A stretch of DNA of 52,691 nt from positions 1 to 52,691 of the IMG/VR virus record IMGVR_UViG_3300012920_000056, one strand, 5' to 3'. How positions within the stretch are numbered: the first letter of the stretch is position 1; each line of letters begins with the position of its first letter. The notes beneath the pieces are model-generated. The model saw only the letters and a list, made by a program, of their open reading frames with translations, had not been told where the DNA came from and did no database searches. The position numbers and the translations under genes are program-made. This stretch comes from a virus. Taxonomy: Duplodnaviria; Caudoviricetes. Shown piece by piece: positions 7,896-15,175 of the stretch.

Positions 7896-8069
7896 TTATA
7901 AACTTTTATTTGCGGCATCTTTTATCATTTGAATATTCCAAAGGTGACCGCCTGGACATTCCCAAAGCATATGATTAGCATGAAGGCAGACTACAAGCTT
8001 AAGTTCATTGTCTTTGATGAACTTGTCGATTCCTAATTTTGTGAGATGTGTTTGAATTTCGTTTGTCAT
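7896..8069 (-). CDS. WECPGGH-motif small protein, paralogue A (start MTNEIQ)
   Basis: ORF track; TTGCAA-17-TAGTTT-8-ATG; paralogue at 9193..9339. Confidence 0.8.
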   Translation of the reverse strand: MTNEIQTHLTKLGIDKFIKDNELKLVVCLHANHMLWECPGGHLWNIQMIKDAANKSL

Positions 8070-8209
8070 ATAAGTATAAACTAGCACGGTAACAAGCTAA
8101 TTGCAAGAAAAAAACAACAAAGTTATTCACAAAAGTAAAGTTTTTTGCGACAGTATTGTGCAATATTTTAGTTGCCCGAATTGGCACGGAATCTGTATCA
8201 AGTTTTACG

Positions 8210-8287
8210 TAAGTTGTTAAGCATCAACGACTTACAGCAAAACCCGCGCGGGCGGCCTGCCATAAACCCTTGATACTCAAGGACTTA
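8210..8287. repeat. 78-bp double-palindrome element, copy 7
   Basis: Arms 8210-8234 and 8263-8287; 28-bp spacer with CCCGCGCGGG. Confidence 0.95.
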
Positions 8288-8301
8288 TGGAAACCGTTGT
8301 G

Positions 8302-8397
8302 TTATCCTGCTATTAGGTGGGCTAATCCTGCAACACCAAACAAGATGACTGATCCACCTAAACCTGTGACTAAAACTAATGTGACTAATTCTCTCAT
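8302..8397 (-). CDS. small membrane peptide (31 aa, MRELVTLVLVTGLGGSVILFGVAGLAHLIAG)
   Basis: Hand translation; ATGA overlap with upstream gene; single hydrophobic helix. Confidence 0.6.
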   Translation of the reverse strand: MRELVTLVLVTGLGGSVILFGVAGLAHLIAG

Positions 8398-8618
8398 AAA
8401 CTTTCTATAAACTCCTTGAATGCAAAGATGTGGTATCCTTGCGTAAGATTGACCTTTTCTGATATGTCAATGATGTTGCCGTTGTTATAATTTTTCTCGA
8501 AACATTCTTGCCCGATTTGAACATCGTATTGCTCACGCTTATAATCGGGGTGAGCAGATGAGCAGATGATAGGAATGCCTGTTGAACCTAATTTTGTAAG
8601 TATCCAATGAGCTTGCAT
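8394..8618 (-). CDS. hypothetical protein (74 aa)
   Basis: ORF track; co-directional cluster. Confidence 0.7.
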   Translation of the reverse strand: MQAHWILTKLGSTGIPIICSSAHPDYKREQYDVQIGQECFEKNYNNGNIIDISEKVNLTQGYHIFAFKEFIESL

Positions 8619-8627
8619 GATACTAGA

Positions 8628-8852
8628 TTAGGCTTTTCCGTTCTCCATGTCAATCAATTTTTGACGAGATTTTACAGCAAGCTCGACAGCGTGTAGTGCG
8701 TCCAAGATTGCCATGCCTTGCGTGATTGTTCCTTTCCATTCGGGGCTATTGGATTCTTTCGCAAGGTGTCTTAGGTTGCCCAATGCTTTTGAGAGAGAAA
8801 GACCGAGATCCAACTCGGTGTCTAATTTTTTTCTTATTGCGTAGTCTATCAT
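8628..8852 (-). CDS. hypothetical protein (74 aa)
   Basis: ORF track; TTGACA on - strand at 8884-8889. Confidence 0.75.
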   Translation of the reverse strand: MIDYAIRKKLDTELDLGLSLSKALGNLRHLAKESNSPEWKGTITQGMAILDALHAVELAVKSRQKLIDMENGKA

Positions 8853-8885
8853 ATATTACCTTTCTAATGTATTTTAAAAACTTTG

Positions 8886-9107
8886 TCAAACATTTCTTTC
8901 GACTGATCTCCAACCAAAAGCACGAACTTGATCCTCGTGGCGAGCTTGTGGCAAGAGGCTTTTAAGCGTCTCGATGCGAGCAAGAATCCACTTGCGAGTG
9001 TCGCCTGTGGCAGGTACAAACTCACGCAGATCGTGGTCGAAGTGGTCGCAATCAAGGCGACGCTCTAAGCGTTCAATGTCGAATTTAATGTCTTCTGTTT
9101 TACTCAT
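8886..9107 (-). CDS. hypothetical protein (73 aa)
   Basis: ORF track; TTGCAA-17-TAGATT-6-ATG promoter. Confidence 0.75.
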   Translation of the reverse strand: MSKTEDIKFDIERLERRLDCDHFDHDLREFVPATGDTRKWILARIETLKSLLPQARHEDQVRAFGWRSVERNV

Positions 9108-9150
9108 ATTACTAATCTAAGAAATTTTTTGTTGAATTGCAAGAAAAAAA

Positions 9151-9198
9151 CGACTTTTTTCGATTTTTTTTCGATTTTTTCGATTTTTTCGATTATTT
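9151..9198. repeat. tandem repeat of CGA + T-tract, 5 units of 9-11 bp
   Basis: cgactttttt cgatttttttt cgatttttt cgatttttt cgattattt. Confidence 0.85.
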
Positions 9199-9339
9199 TA
9201 ACGCTCCTTTAATCATTTCGAGCGTCCAAACATGACCGCCAGGACATTCCCAAAGGTCAAAAGCCTCGGACATCGGACTTGCTTGGATGCGAACAAGACC
9301 ATTCTCTTCAATGAATTTTTGTATTTTTTTATCTAACAT
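9193..9339 (-). CDS. WECPGGH-motif small protein, paralogue B (48 aa)
   Basis: Hand translation MLDKKIQKFIEENGL...LWECPGGHVWTLEMIKGALK; TTGCAA-17-TAAATT-6-ATG. Confidence 0.8.
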   Translation of the reverse strand: MLDKKIQKFIEENGLVRIQASPMSEAFDLWECPGGHVWTLEMIKGALK

Positions 9340-9556
9340 ACTTAAAATTTAACAAAGCAAACAACTAATTGCAAGAAAAAAAGAAAAAAGTTATGTGCGA
9401 CCCCCTACCCGTTTTATGAATTGCAAAAGTCAACTTTATTTCAGGATAGGGCGGGGGGTGGTAATTTTCAAAATCAAAATGTAAATCCATAATTTCTATA
9501 TATTGCTTGACCCGAAAAAAATCGGCGCCTATTTTTATTTCAGATATAAATCATAA

Positions 9557-9572
9557 TGGCACAGAGAGTGCA
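9557..9572 (+). promoter_or_regulatory. sigma54 (RpoN)-type -24/-12 promoter
   Basis: TGGCAC-AGAGA-GTGCA, exact GG-N10-GC spacing, 38 bp before Hsp20 ATG. Confidence 0.55.
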
Positions 9573-9609
9573 ATGTATAGTTATTATTAACCCTCTAAAA
9601 CGTAACATT

Positions 9610-9927
9610 ATGACACATTCACAATTATTAGACGAAATCTTCTTTCCAACCATGAGACAAGCTGACTCAGAAGTATCACAAAACGAGGATCATATAGAGA
9701 TAGAATGCGAGCTTCCTGGTTTTTCAAAGAATGAAATAAATATAGAAATAATAAATGATAAATTAATTATCGAAGCGCAGAGCAAGAAGAAAAGCAAATC
9801 AAAGAGCTATATCCTAGATAAAAGCTTGGATAGAGATAAGATATCGGCGGCATTAAAAAATGGTATATTAAATATTAAAATATATAAGCTTGAGGCGCAA
9901 AAGCCAAAAAAAATAAAAATTAATTAG
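9610..9927 (+). CDS. Hsp20 / alpha-crystallin small heat-shock protein
   Basis: ELPGFSKNEINI and ISAALKNGILNIKI motifs; start re-called at MTHSQ. Confidence 0.9.
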   Translation: MTHSQLLDEIFFPTMRQADSEVSQNEDHIEIECELPGFSKNEINIEIINDKLIIEAQSKKKSKSKSYILDKSLDRDKISAALKNGILNIKIYKLEAQKPKKIKIN

Positions 9928-9958
9928 AAAAGACCGCAAAAGTTATATACTATCAGCC

Positions 9959-10162
9959 ATGGATAAAAATAAAGTTATAACTATTGTTGCGAATGATATT
10001 CTTAATAAAATGAATATCAATCAAATCCTTAACGCCGTAAGAGGTCATTGCATTGGTCAAGCTGAAGAGTATTATAATGGTTTGACTGATGATGAAAGAG
10101 AAAATCTTGTACAGCAAATTGAAACAGCTGAAGCTGCAGCTCAAGAACCTGCCGCAGTTTAG
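9959..10162 (+). CDS. hypothetical protein (67 aa)
   Basis: ORF track. Confidence 0.7.
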   Translation: MDKNKVITIVANDILNKMNINQILNAVRGHCIGQAEEYYNGLTDDERENLVQQIETAEAAAQEPAAV

Positions 10163-10389
10163 CTTTTTGCTAAATAGGGCTTTTTCTGAAATCTAGCTAG
10201 TACAGATTCTTGCCCGTGCAACATCATGGATGCGCATCTAAAGCCCGCCTCACTCAGGCGGGTTTTTAGTATCGGAAGAAAGCGGATTGGCAGGTTCATG
10301 ATAAGTTCATGATTTTCATTCCCCTTGGGGTCAGCTATAGCTATTTCGTAACAAAATTCCCAGCAAAAATTATAGATCGAATTTTCCAT
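10159..10389 (-). CDS. hypothetical protein (76 aa)
   Basis: ORF track; overlaps the upstream - strand gene. Confidence 0.6.
   Translation of the reverse strand: MENSIYNFCWEFCYEIAIADPKGNENHELIMNLPIRFLPILKTRLSEAGFRCASMMLHGQESVLARFQKKPYLAKS
10241..10267 (+). terminator. + strand terminator embedded in an antisense CDS
   Basis: GCCCGCCT-cactc-AGGCGGGT followed by T run, downstream of Hsp20 operon. Confidence 0.6.
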
Positions 10390-10618
10390 CTGATTTTTGG
10401 ATTAATTCGTAAACCGTTTCAATTTTTCCATCCATCATCAATTCTGCAGGGCTCTTTCCGTCATGTTCTGCAAGAGGAGTATTCAACCAAACCGTTGATC
10501 CATATATCGAATATTTTTTAGCGATCAATTTCATGATATCATATTTCGTTGGCTTCGATTCACCAATCGACAATTCGACACTTTTTGATGTTTTTTTAAC
10601 TTTTGGTTTTTTACTCAC
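10370..10618 (-). CDS. Xre/MbcA/ParS antitoxin C-terminal (DUF2384-like) domain protein
   Basis: WLNTPLAEHDGKSPAELMMDGKIETV matches W-L-x2-P-x4-(G/D)-G-x2-P-x-(E/D)-L; GTG start. Confidence 0.65.
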   Translation of the reverse strand: MSKKPKVKKTSKSVELSIGESKPTKYDIMKLIAKKYSIYGSTVWLNTPLAEHDGKSPAELMMDGKIETVYELIQKSDGKFDL

Positions 10619-10711
10619 AATAATATTTACACTAATTAATATATTTTACTAAAAAGATTTGATTAATTCAATATTTGGCGTGTATTATATAAAAACAAAT
10701 TTTAATAATAT

Positions 10712-11419
10712 ATGTCAAAAAAAGACAAGGTAGAAATACCTCAACTAAAACTAACGTTCAAGGTCAATAATCTAAGACTTACTGAAAAGCAAAAACTGTT
10801 TCTTTCTTTAGCTTTGCATGATAATACCAATATCATGTTTGTAAGCGGACCTGCAGGATCTACTAAAACGTATATGGCTGTTTATGCAGCCTTGAGACAC
10901 TTAAGCGCCGAAGATGACTTAGACATGTTCTATGTTCGGACGGTGATAGAAAGTGCTGATAAAGGTCTGGGAGCTCTCCCAGGAAGCGTGGAAGAAAAGA
11001 TCAATCCATACATGGCTCCATTAGAGGACAAGCTGATAGAAATGCTACCACAAAACAAAACAGTTCGCAGAGAGCTTATAGACAGTGGAAGAATCCAAGC
11101 TATGCCAATTAATTTTTTGCGAGGAGCAAGCTGGAAAGATAAAGTGGTTGTTGCTGATGAGGCGCAGAACTTTACATTCAAAGAATTGACTACGTTAATA
11201 ACAAGACTTGGGCAAAACAGCAAATTATTTATTTGCGGAGATTTTATGCAAAGCGATATTAATGGCAAAAGCGGTTACGCTGATATGTTTAATTTATTCA
11301 AAGACCAAGAAAGTCAAGATAATGGAATCCACTGCTTTAGTTTTAATAAAAATGATATTTTAAGAAGCGAATTACAAAAGTATATTATTGGAAAATTAGA
11401 AGATAATTATAAAAAGTAG
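10712..11419 (+). CDS. phoH: PhoH-family ATPase
   Basis: GPAGSTKT Walker A, LGALPG, FLRG, DEAQN, TRLG, GDFMQSD. Confidence 0.95.
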   Translation: MSKKDKVEIPQLKLTFKVNNLRLTEKQKLFLSLALHDNTNIMFVSGPAGSTKTYMAVYAALRHLSAEDDLDMFYVRTVIESADKGLGALPGSVEEKINPYMAPLEDKLIEMLPQNKTVRRELIDSGRIQAMPINFLRGASWKDKVVVADEAQNFTFKELTTLITRLGQNSKLFICGDFMQSDINGKSGYADMFNLFKDQESQDNGIHCFSFNKNDILRSELQKYIIGKLEDNYKK

Positions 11420-11430
11420 TGTACTTATGA

Positions 11431-12024
11431 GTGATGATTGATGTCACCCCCATACTCGCGGCGGTAATTACCGCTATCGCTACAGTAGCCAGTGTTTTAC
11501 TGGGCCAGAGACTGATGAGCAGAAAAGAAAAAGACTGCGTAATTCGGGAAACTTCCCAAAACGCTAATGTATATACTGCTTTAAGGTATATTATGGAGCA
11601 GATGAAAGCAGACCGTGGATATATTATGGAATTTCATAATGGAGAAATATATTTTTCGGGGCGTGGTCAACAAAAATTCAGTTGCACATACGAAATTGTA
11701 GAAGAAGGAATTAGCGCAGAGTCCTCTAATTCACAAAACCATAGAGTTTCAAATTATCATAATTATGTTAATTCGCTTGTAACTGATGGGCGTTTTTTAC
11801 ATCATGATGTAGAAGAAATACAAGATCAAGCATTCTATCAAATGATCAATAGAAAAGGCATAAAAAGCATTTATAACGTACCAATAAAAACAGTAGATGG
11901 TAAAATTATTGGAATTTTGGGTGTTGATTATGTTAAAAATCCTATTCCTGACTTAGGGTATGATGAAAAAAGTTTAACCTTTATGACTCGTCAAGCCCGC
12001 ATGATTGCTGGTTACTTAATATAA
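11431..12024 (+). CDS. N-terminal TM + GAF-domain protein (possible T4 gpt-like holin)
   Basis: Hydrophobic N-terminus; ADRGYIMEFHNG and GIKSIYNVPIKTVDGKIIGILGVDY GAF-like motifs. Confidence 0.6.
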   Translation: MMIDVTPILAAVITAIATVASVLLGQRLMSRKEKDCVIRETSQNANVYTALRYIMEQMKADRGYIMEFHNGEIYFSGRGQQKFSCTYEIVEEGISAESSNSQNHRVSNYHNYVNSLVTDGRFLHHDVEEIQDQAFYQMINRKGIKSIYNVPIKTVDGKIIGILGVDYVKNPIPDLGYDEKSLTFMTRQARMIAGYLI

Positions 12025-12063
12025 TTCAATAGAAAAAAGACTTCAATAATTATATTATAAAGT

Positions 12064-12447
12064 ATGATTACTGAATTCTGCATGAATTGTGGCGCTAAGA
12101 TTGAATACGCATTGCACAAACCTAATTTTTGCTCGTCTTGTGGTAGTCCCCTTGGAGGCGTGGCAAAAGCGGCTCAACCACAAGAAGCAAATATTGTTAC
12201 TGAAGTAGCACAAGAAGAATCTTCCGATTCCATACCTAATATCTCAAAATTAGAGTATTCTATAGAAACCAATCAAAATAAACTAACATTTGGAGATTTA
12301 ATGGCTCAAGCTTCTCAAGATTCAAAAAACGAATACAAAAGAGATGTAGTCAGGCCAAAAGCTAATATTGATCCTAGTGAAGATGTCTTGAAATCCACCA
12401 TGCAACAGTGTCGTTCCTCAAAAGAACCAGAAGACATCGGTGGCTAA
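12064..12447 (+). CDS. zinc-ribbon protein
   Basis: FCMNCG...PNFCSSCG. Confidence 0.75.
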   Translation: MITEFCMNCGAKIEYALHKPNFCSSCGSPLGGVAKAAQPQEANIVTEVAQEESSDSIPNISKLEYSIETNQNKLTFGDLMAQASQDSKNEYKRDVVRPKANIDPSEDVLKSTMQQCRSSKEPEDIGG

Positions 12448-13159
12448 AAAGAAAAAGTATACATACGAAGATAAGAAGGACATTATAGATCAAGAGCTTA
12501 ACAAAAGACAAAAAAAGTGGTTTCTAAATTCTTTGTCTTGGATTGATTTTGATGATGTTAAGCAAATTATTAGAGTTCACCTTCATAATAAGTGGCACCT
12601 TTGGGATCAGTCTCGACCACTGGCTCCCTGGCTTAATCGGATTATATCTAATCAGCTTAAAAATATTTTAAGGAATTATTATGGTAATTTCGCTAAGCCA
12701 TGCTTAAATTGCCCATTCAATCAGAGCGGGGTCGCTGAAGAAGACTCAATAGGGCTTTGCGGGTTTACAGAAAGCAAAACGCAATGCAATGAGTGTCCAC
12801 TATATGCTAAATGGGAAAAAACAAAGAAATCTGCATATCATGTAAAGATGCCAGTAGCCATAGAAAACCATGGACATGAAATAAAACCTAGTCGTCAAGA
12901 CTTATATTTAGTCGATAATGCAGCTAAACGATTGCACGAAGAAATGAAGAAGAAACTATCCGAGCGTAATTATGAAATATATGAAATGTTATTCATAAAA
13001 AACATGACAGATGAAGAGGTTGCAAAAGAATTAGGATACAAAACAACAGAAAAAAATAGAAAAGCGGGATACAAACAGATAAAAAACTTAAAGACCAAGT
13101 TTCATCAACAAGCTAAAAGAATATTAAAAACAAAGGATATATTTTATGGAGAAGATTGA
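12440..13159 (+). CDS. phage sigma70-like transcription factor with Cys-cluster insert
   Basis: Region-2-like DDVKQ...WDQSRPLAPWLNRIISNQLKNILR; region-4-like LSERNYEIYEM...MTDEEVAKELG; GTG start. Confidence 0.7.
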   Translation: MAKKKKYTYEDKKDIIDQELNKRQKKWFLNSLSWIDFDDVKQIIRVHLHNKWHLWDQSRPLAPWLNRIISNQLKNILRNYYGNFAKPCLNCPFNQSGVAEEDSIGLCGFTESKTQCNECPLYAKWEKTKKSAYHVKMPVAIENHGHEIKPSRQDLYLVDNAAKRLHEEMKKKLSERNYEIYEMLFIKNMTDEEVAKELGYKTTEKNRKAGYKQIKNLKTKFHQQAKRILKTKDIFYGED

Positions 13160-14204
13160 GCTGACAGACGAACAAAAAGAATTTATTAATAAAAATTATA
13201 AAAAAATTAATAATTTGAATGAATTAACAAATGCGGTCTTCATGGGAGAGGATTTGGATGGCAGAACTAAAGAAGGGCGGGCGGTTCGCCAATATATGGC
13301 GTCAAAAGATTATAAATATACAACAAGAGAAAACAAAAAAGTTCCACCTGTTAAATTAACAGATGAACATAAAGAATTTATTCTTGCTAATGCAGATGGT
13401 AATATGAAAGCCTTTGATATGGCTAAAATATTATTTCCAGAAAAAGAAGTTACTCCATTGAGTAAAGAAACCATAGTAATCACTGATTTTTTAAAACAAC
13501 AAGCTCCTGAGAAGGTTCATCCAAAAGAAAACGCGGTAGGAGATAAGTACAAGCCAGCTAAAACATTCGCGGCTGCTATAGAATTAATTAATAAATCAAC
13601 CAGTCAAGAACTTGATCCTAATAAAATGCAAATGCAAGTAAAAAAAGGCGTAGAAGCATTAATTAGTTTCTTGCAATCACCTAGATTAATACAAACCATA
13701 GGTAATTATACAAATAAAGAAGATAGAATATTATTTGAAGCAGAATTTGTAAGAGCAACATGGGACAAACCAGATCTTACATCAGATGAAGTAAATTTAT
13801 ATATTAATGTATGTATTGATTATATTAATCTTATGAACATACAAAAAGCTATAGATAAATTAAATACTATGTTTGAAGAGTGTGAAGATCAGAGAGATAT
13901 GACTGTACGATTAGCTGAGCTTTTAAAAACAAAAAGCGAAGAGTACAATCAATGTGAAAAAAGAATGGAGAGTTTAATTACTAGATTAAATGGTGATAGA
14001 GCAAAGCGGGTACAACATAAACAAAATCAAAATGCATCAATATTAAATTTAGTACAATTATTTCAGGAAGAAGAAGAAAGAAAAGTCATGGTGAAGATTG
14101 CACAAATGCAAAAGCAACTCGTTGAAGAAGAAGCTAATAACATTGAATCAATGCCTGACTGGAAAGCAAGAGTCCTTGGCTTACGAAAAGGAGACGTAGC
14201 ATGA
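13146..14204 (+). CDS. hypothetical packaging-region protein (352 aa, coiled-coil C-terminus)
   Basis: ORF track; coupled operon upstream of terminase. Confidence 0.7.
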   Translation: MEKIELTDEQKEFINKNYKKINNLNELTNAVFMGEDLDGRTKEGRAVRQYMASKDYKYTTRENKKVPPVKLTDEHKEFILANADGNMKAFDMAKILFPEKEVTPLSKETIVITDFLKQQAPEKVHPKENAVGDKYKPAKTFAAAIELINKSTSQELDPNKMQMQVKKGVEALISFLQSPRLIQTIGNYTNKEDRILFEAEFVRATWDKPDLTSDEVNLYINVCIDYINLMNIQKAIDKLNTMFEECEDQRDMTVRLAELLKTKSEEYNQCEKRMESLITRLNGDRAKRVQHKQNQNASILNLVQLFQEEEERKVMVKIAQMQKQLVEEEANNIESMPDWKARVLGLRKGDVA

Positions 14205-15175
14205 ATGAAAAAGTGGTGTGCAAAGAGTGCGGAAAAGAATTCGATTCAGAAAAGGCTTTGCATCGGCACATTAAAGTGCATAATATGGATTTAGCAGCTT
14301 ACTATACTAAATTTTATCCTAGAGTGAATAAACTAACACAAGAACTACTACCTTTCAAGGATAAACTATCTTATTTTAATACAGACTTCTCCACAAGAGC
14401 GCAAATGATCAAATGGTGCAATATAAATAAAGGTAATGAAGAAGTAAAAGAATATATACTTAAACAATTAAAACATAGAATAGATAATAAACAATTAAAG
14501 TATGCACCTAATCATTTAGAATTAAAAATAAATGATTTACCAAGTATAGATATATATAAAGATAATTTTGGCGGTTATGGACAAGCTTGCCAACAGCTTG
14601 GCCTAGAACCATTATATAATAAGGGAATAAAAGATGAAAAGATCTTTCTTTCTTTGAACAAAAAAATGGAAGAAATTCCTATCTTAATTGATACCCGCGA
14701 ACAAAAGCCTCTTTCTTTCGTTAATAGCAAAGAGCATAAATTAGACTTTGGAGACTATACAGTAGGGGGAGAGCGCTATAACTATACTTATGTTGACCGC
14801 AAGAGCGAAAACGATTTTAAGGGTACTCTAGGGACAGGATACAACCGTTTTAGAAACGAATTAAAAAGAGCACGACAGTTTAATTCTTTTTTATATATAG
14901 TTATTGAGCAATCTCTACCCCAATTAATAAAAAATAATAATTATTTAAAAAATAAAAGAATGAAAGGTGCTTCTAATTTAAAATTTATATTTCATAGGAT
15001 GAGATTGTTAACTCATGAATTTAGAAATCATTGCCAATTTATTTTTTCTGGCAGTCGCGAAAATTCTGAATTATTAATTCCTAATTTATTGTTTTGGGGA
15101 CAAAGATTATGGAATGTAGATATACAATATTATTTAGATAAATATGACTTGGACACCAGGAAAACAAAAAGCTAG
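14201..15175 (+). CDS. C2H2 zinc finger + ERCC4-type nuclease
   Basis: CKECG...LHRHIKVH; ILIDTREQ, LDFGDY, DRKSENDF. Confidence 0.8.
   Translation: MNEKVVCKECGKEFDSEKALHRHIKVHNMDLAAYYTKFYPRVNKLTQELLPFKDKLSYFNTDFSTRAQMIKWCNINKGNEEVKEYILKQLKHRIDNKQLKYAPNHLELKINDLPSIDIYKDNFGGYGQACQQLGLEPLYNKGIKDEKIFLSLNKKMEEIPILIDTREQKPLSFVNSKEHKLDFGDYTVGGERYNYTYVDRKSENDFKGTLGTGYNRFRNELKRARQFNSFLYIVIEQSLPQLIKNNNYLKNKRMKGASNLKFIFHRMRLLTHEFRNHCQFIFSGSRENSELLIPNLLFWGQRLWNVDIQYYLDKYDLDTRKTKS

Noticed and set aside
8123-8131. DnaA box TTATTCACA as replication origin
   Set aside because: Single box only; expected by chance in AT-rich DNA.
8182-8197. Second sigma54-like motif TGGCACGGAATCTGTA
   Set aside because: The -12 element is GT rather than GC and it points antisense with no downstream gene; kept only as a note because it abuts element copy 7.
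1866-8287. 78-bp repeats as a CRISPR array
   Set aside because: Copies are hundreds of bp to 1.4 kb apart with whole genes between them, the internal 28-bp spacers resemble each other, and no cas genes are present.
1866-8287. 78-bp repeats as integron attC sites
   Set aside because: Ends lack the RYYYAAC/GTTRRRY cores, cassettes carry their own promoters and often several genes, and no integron integrase is in the window.
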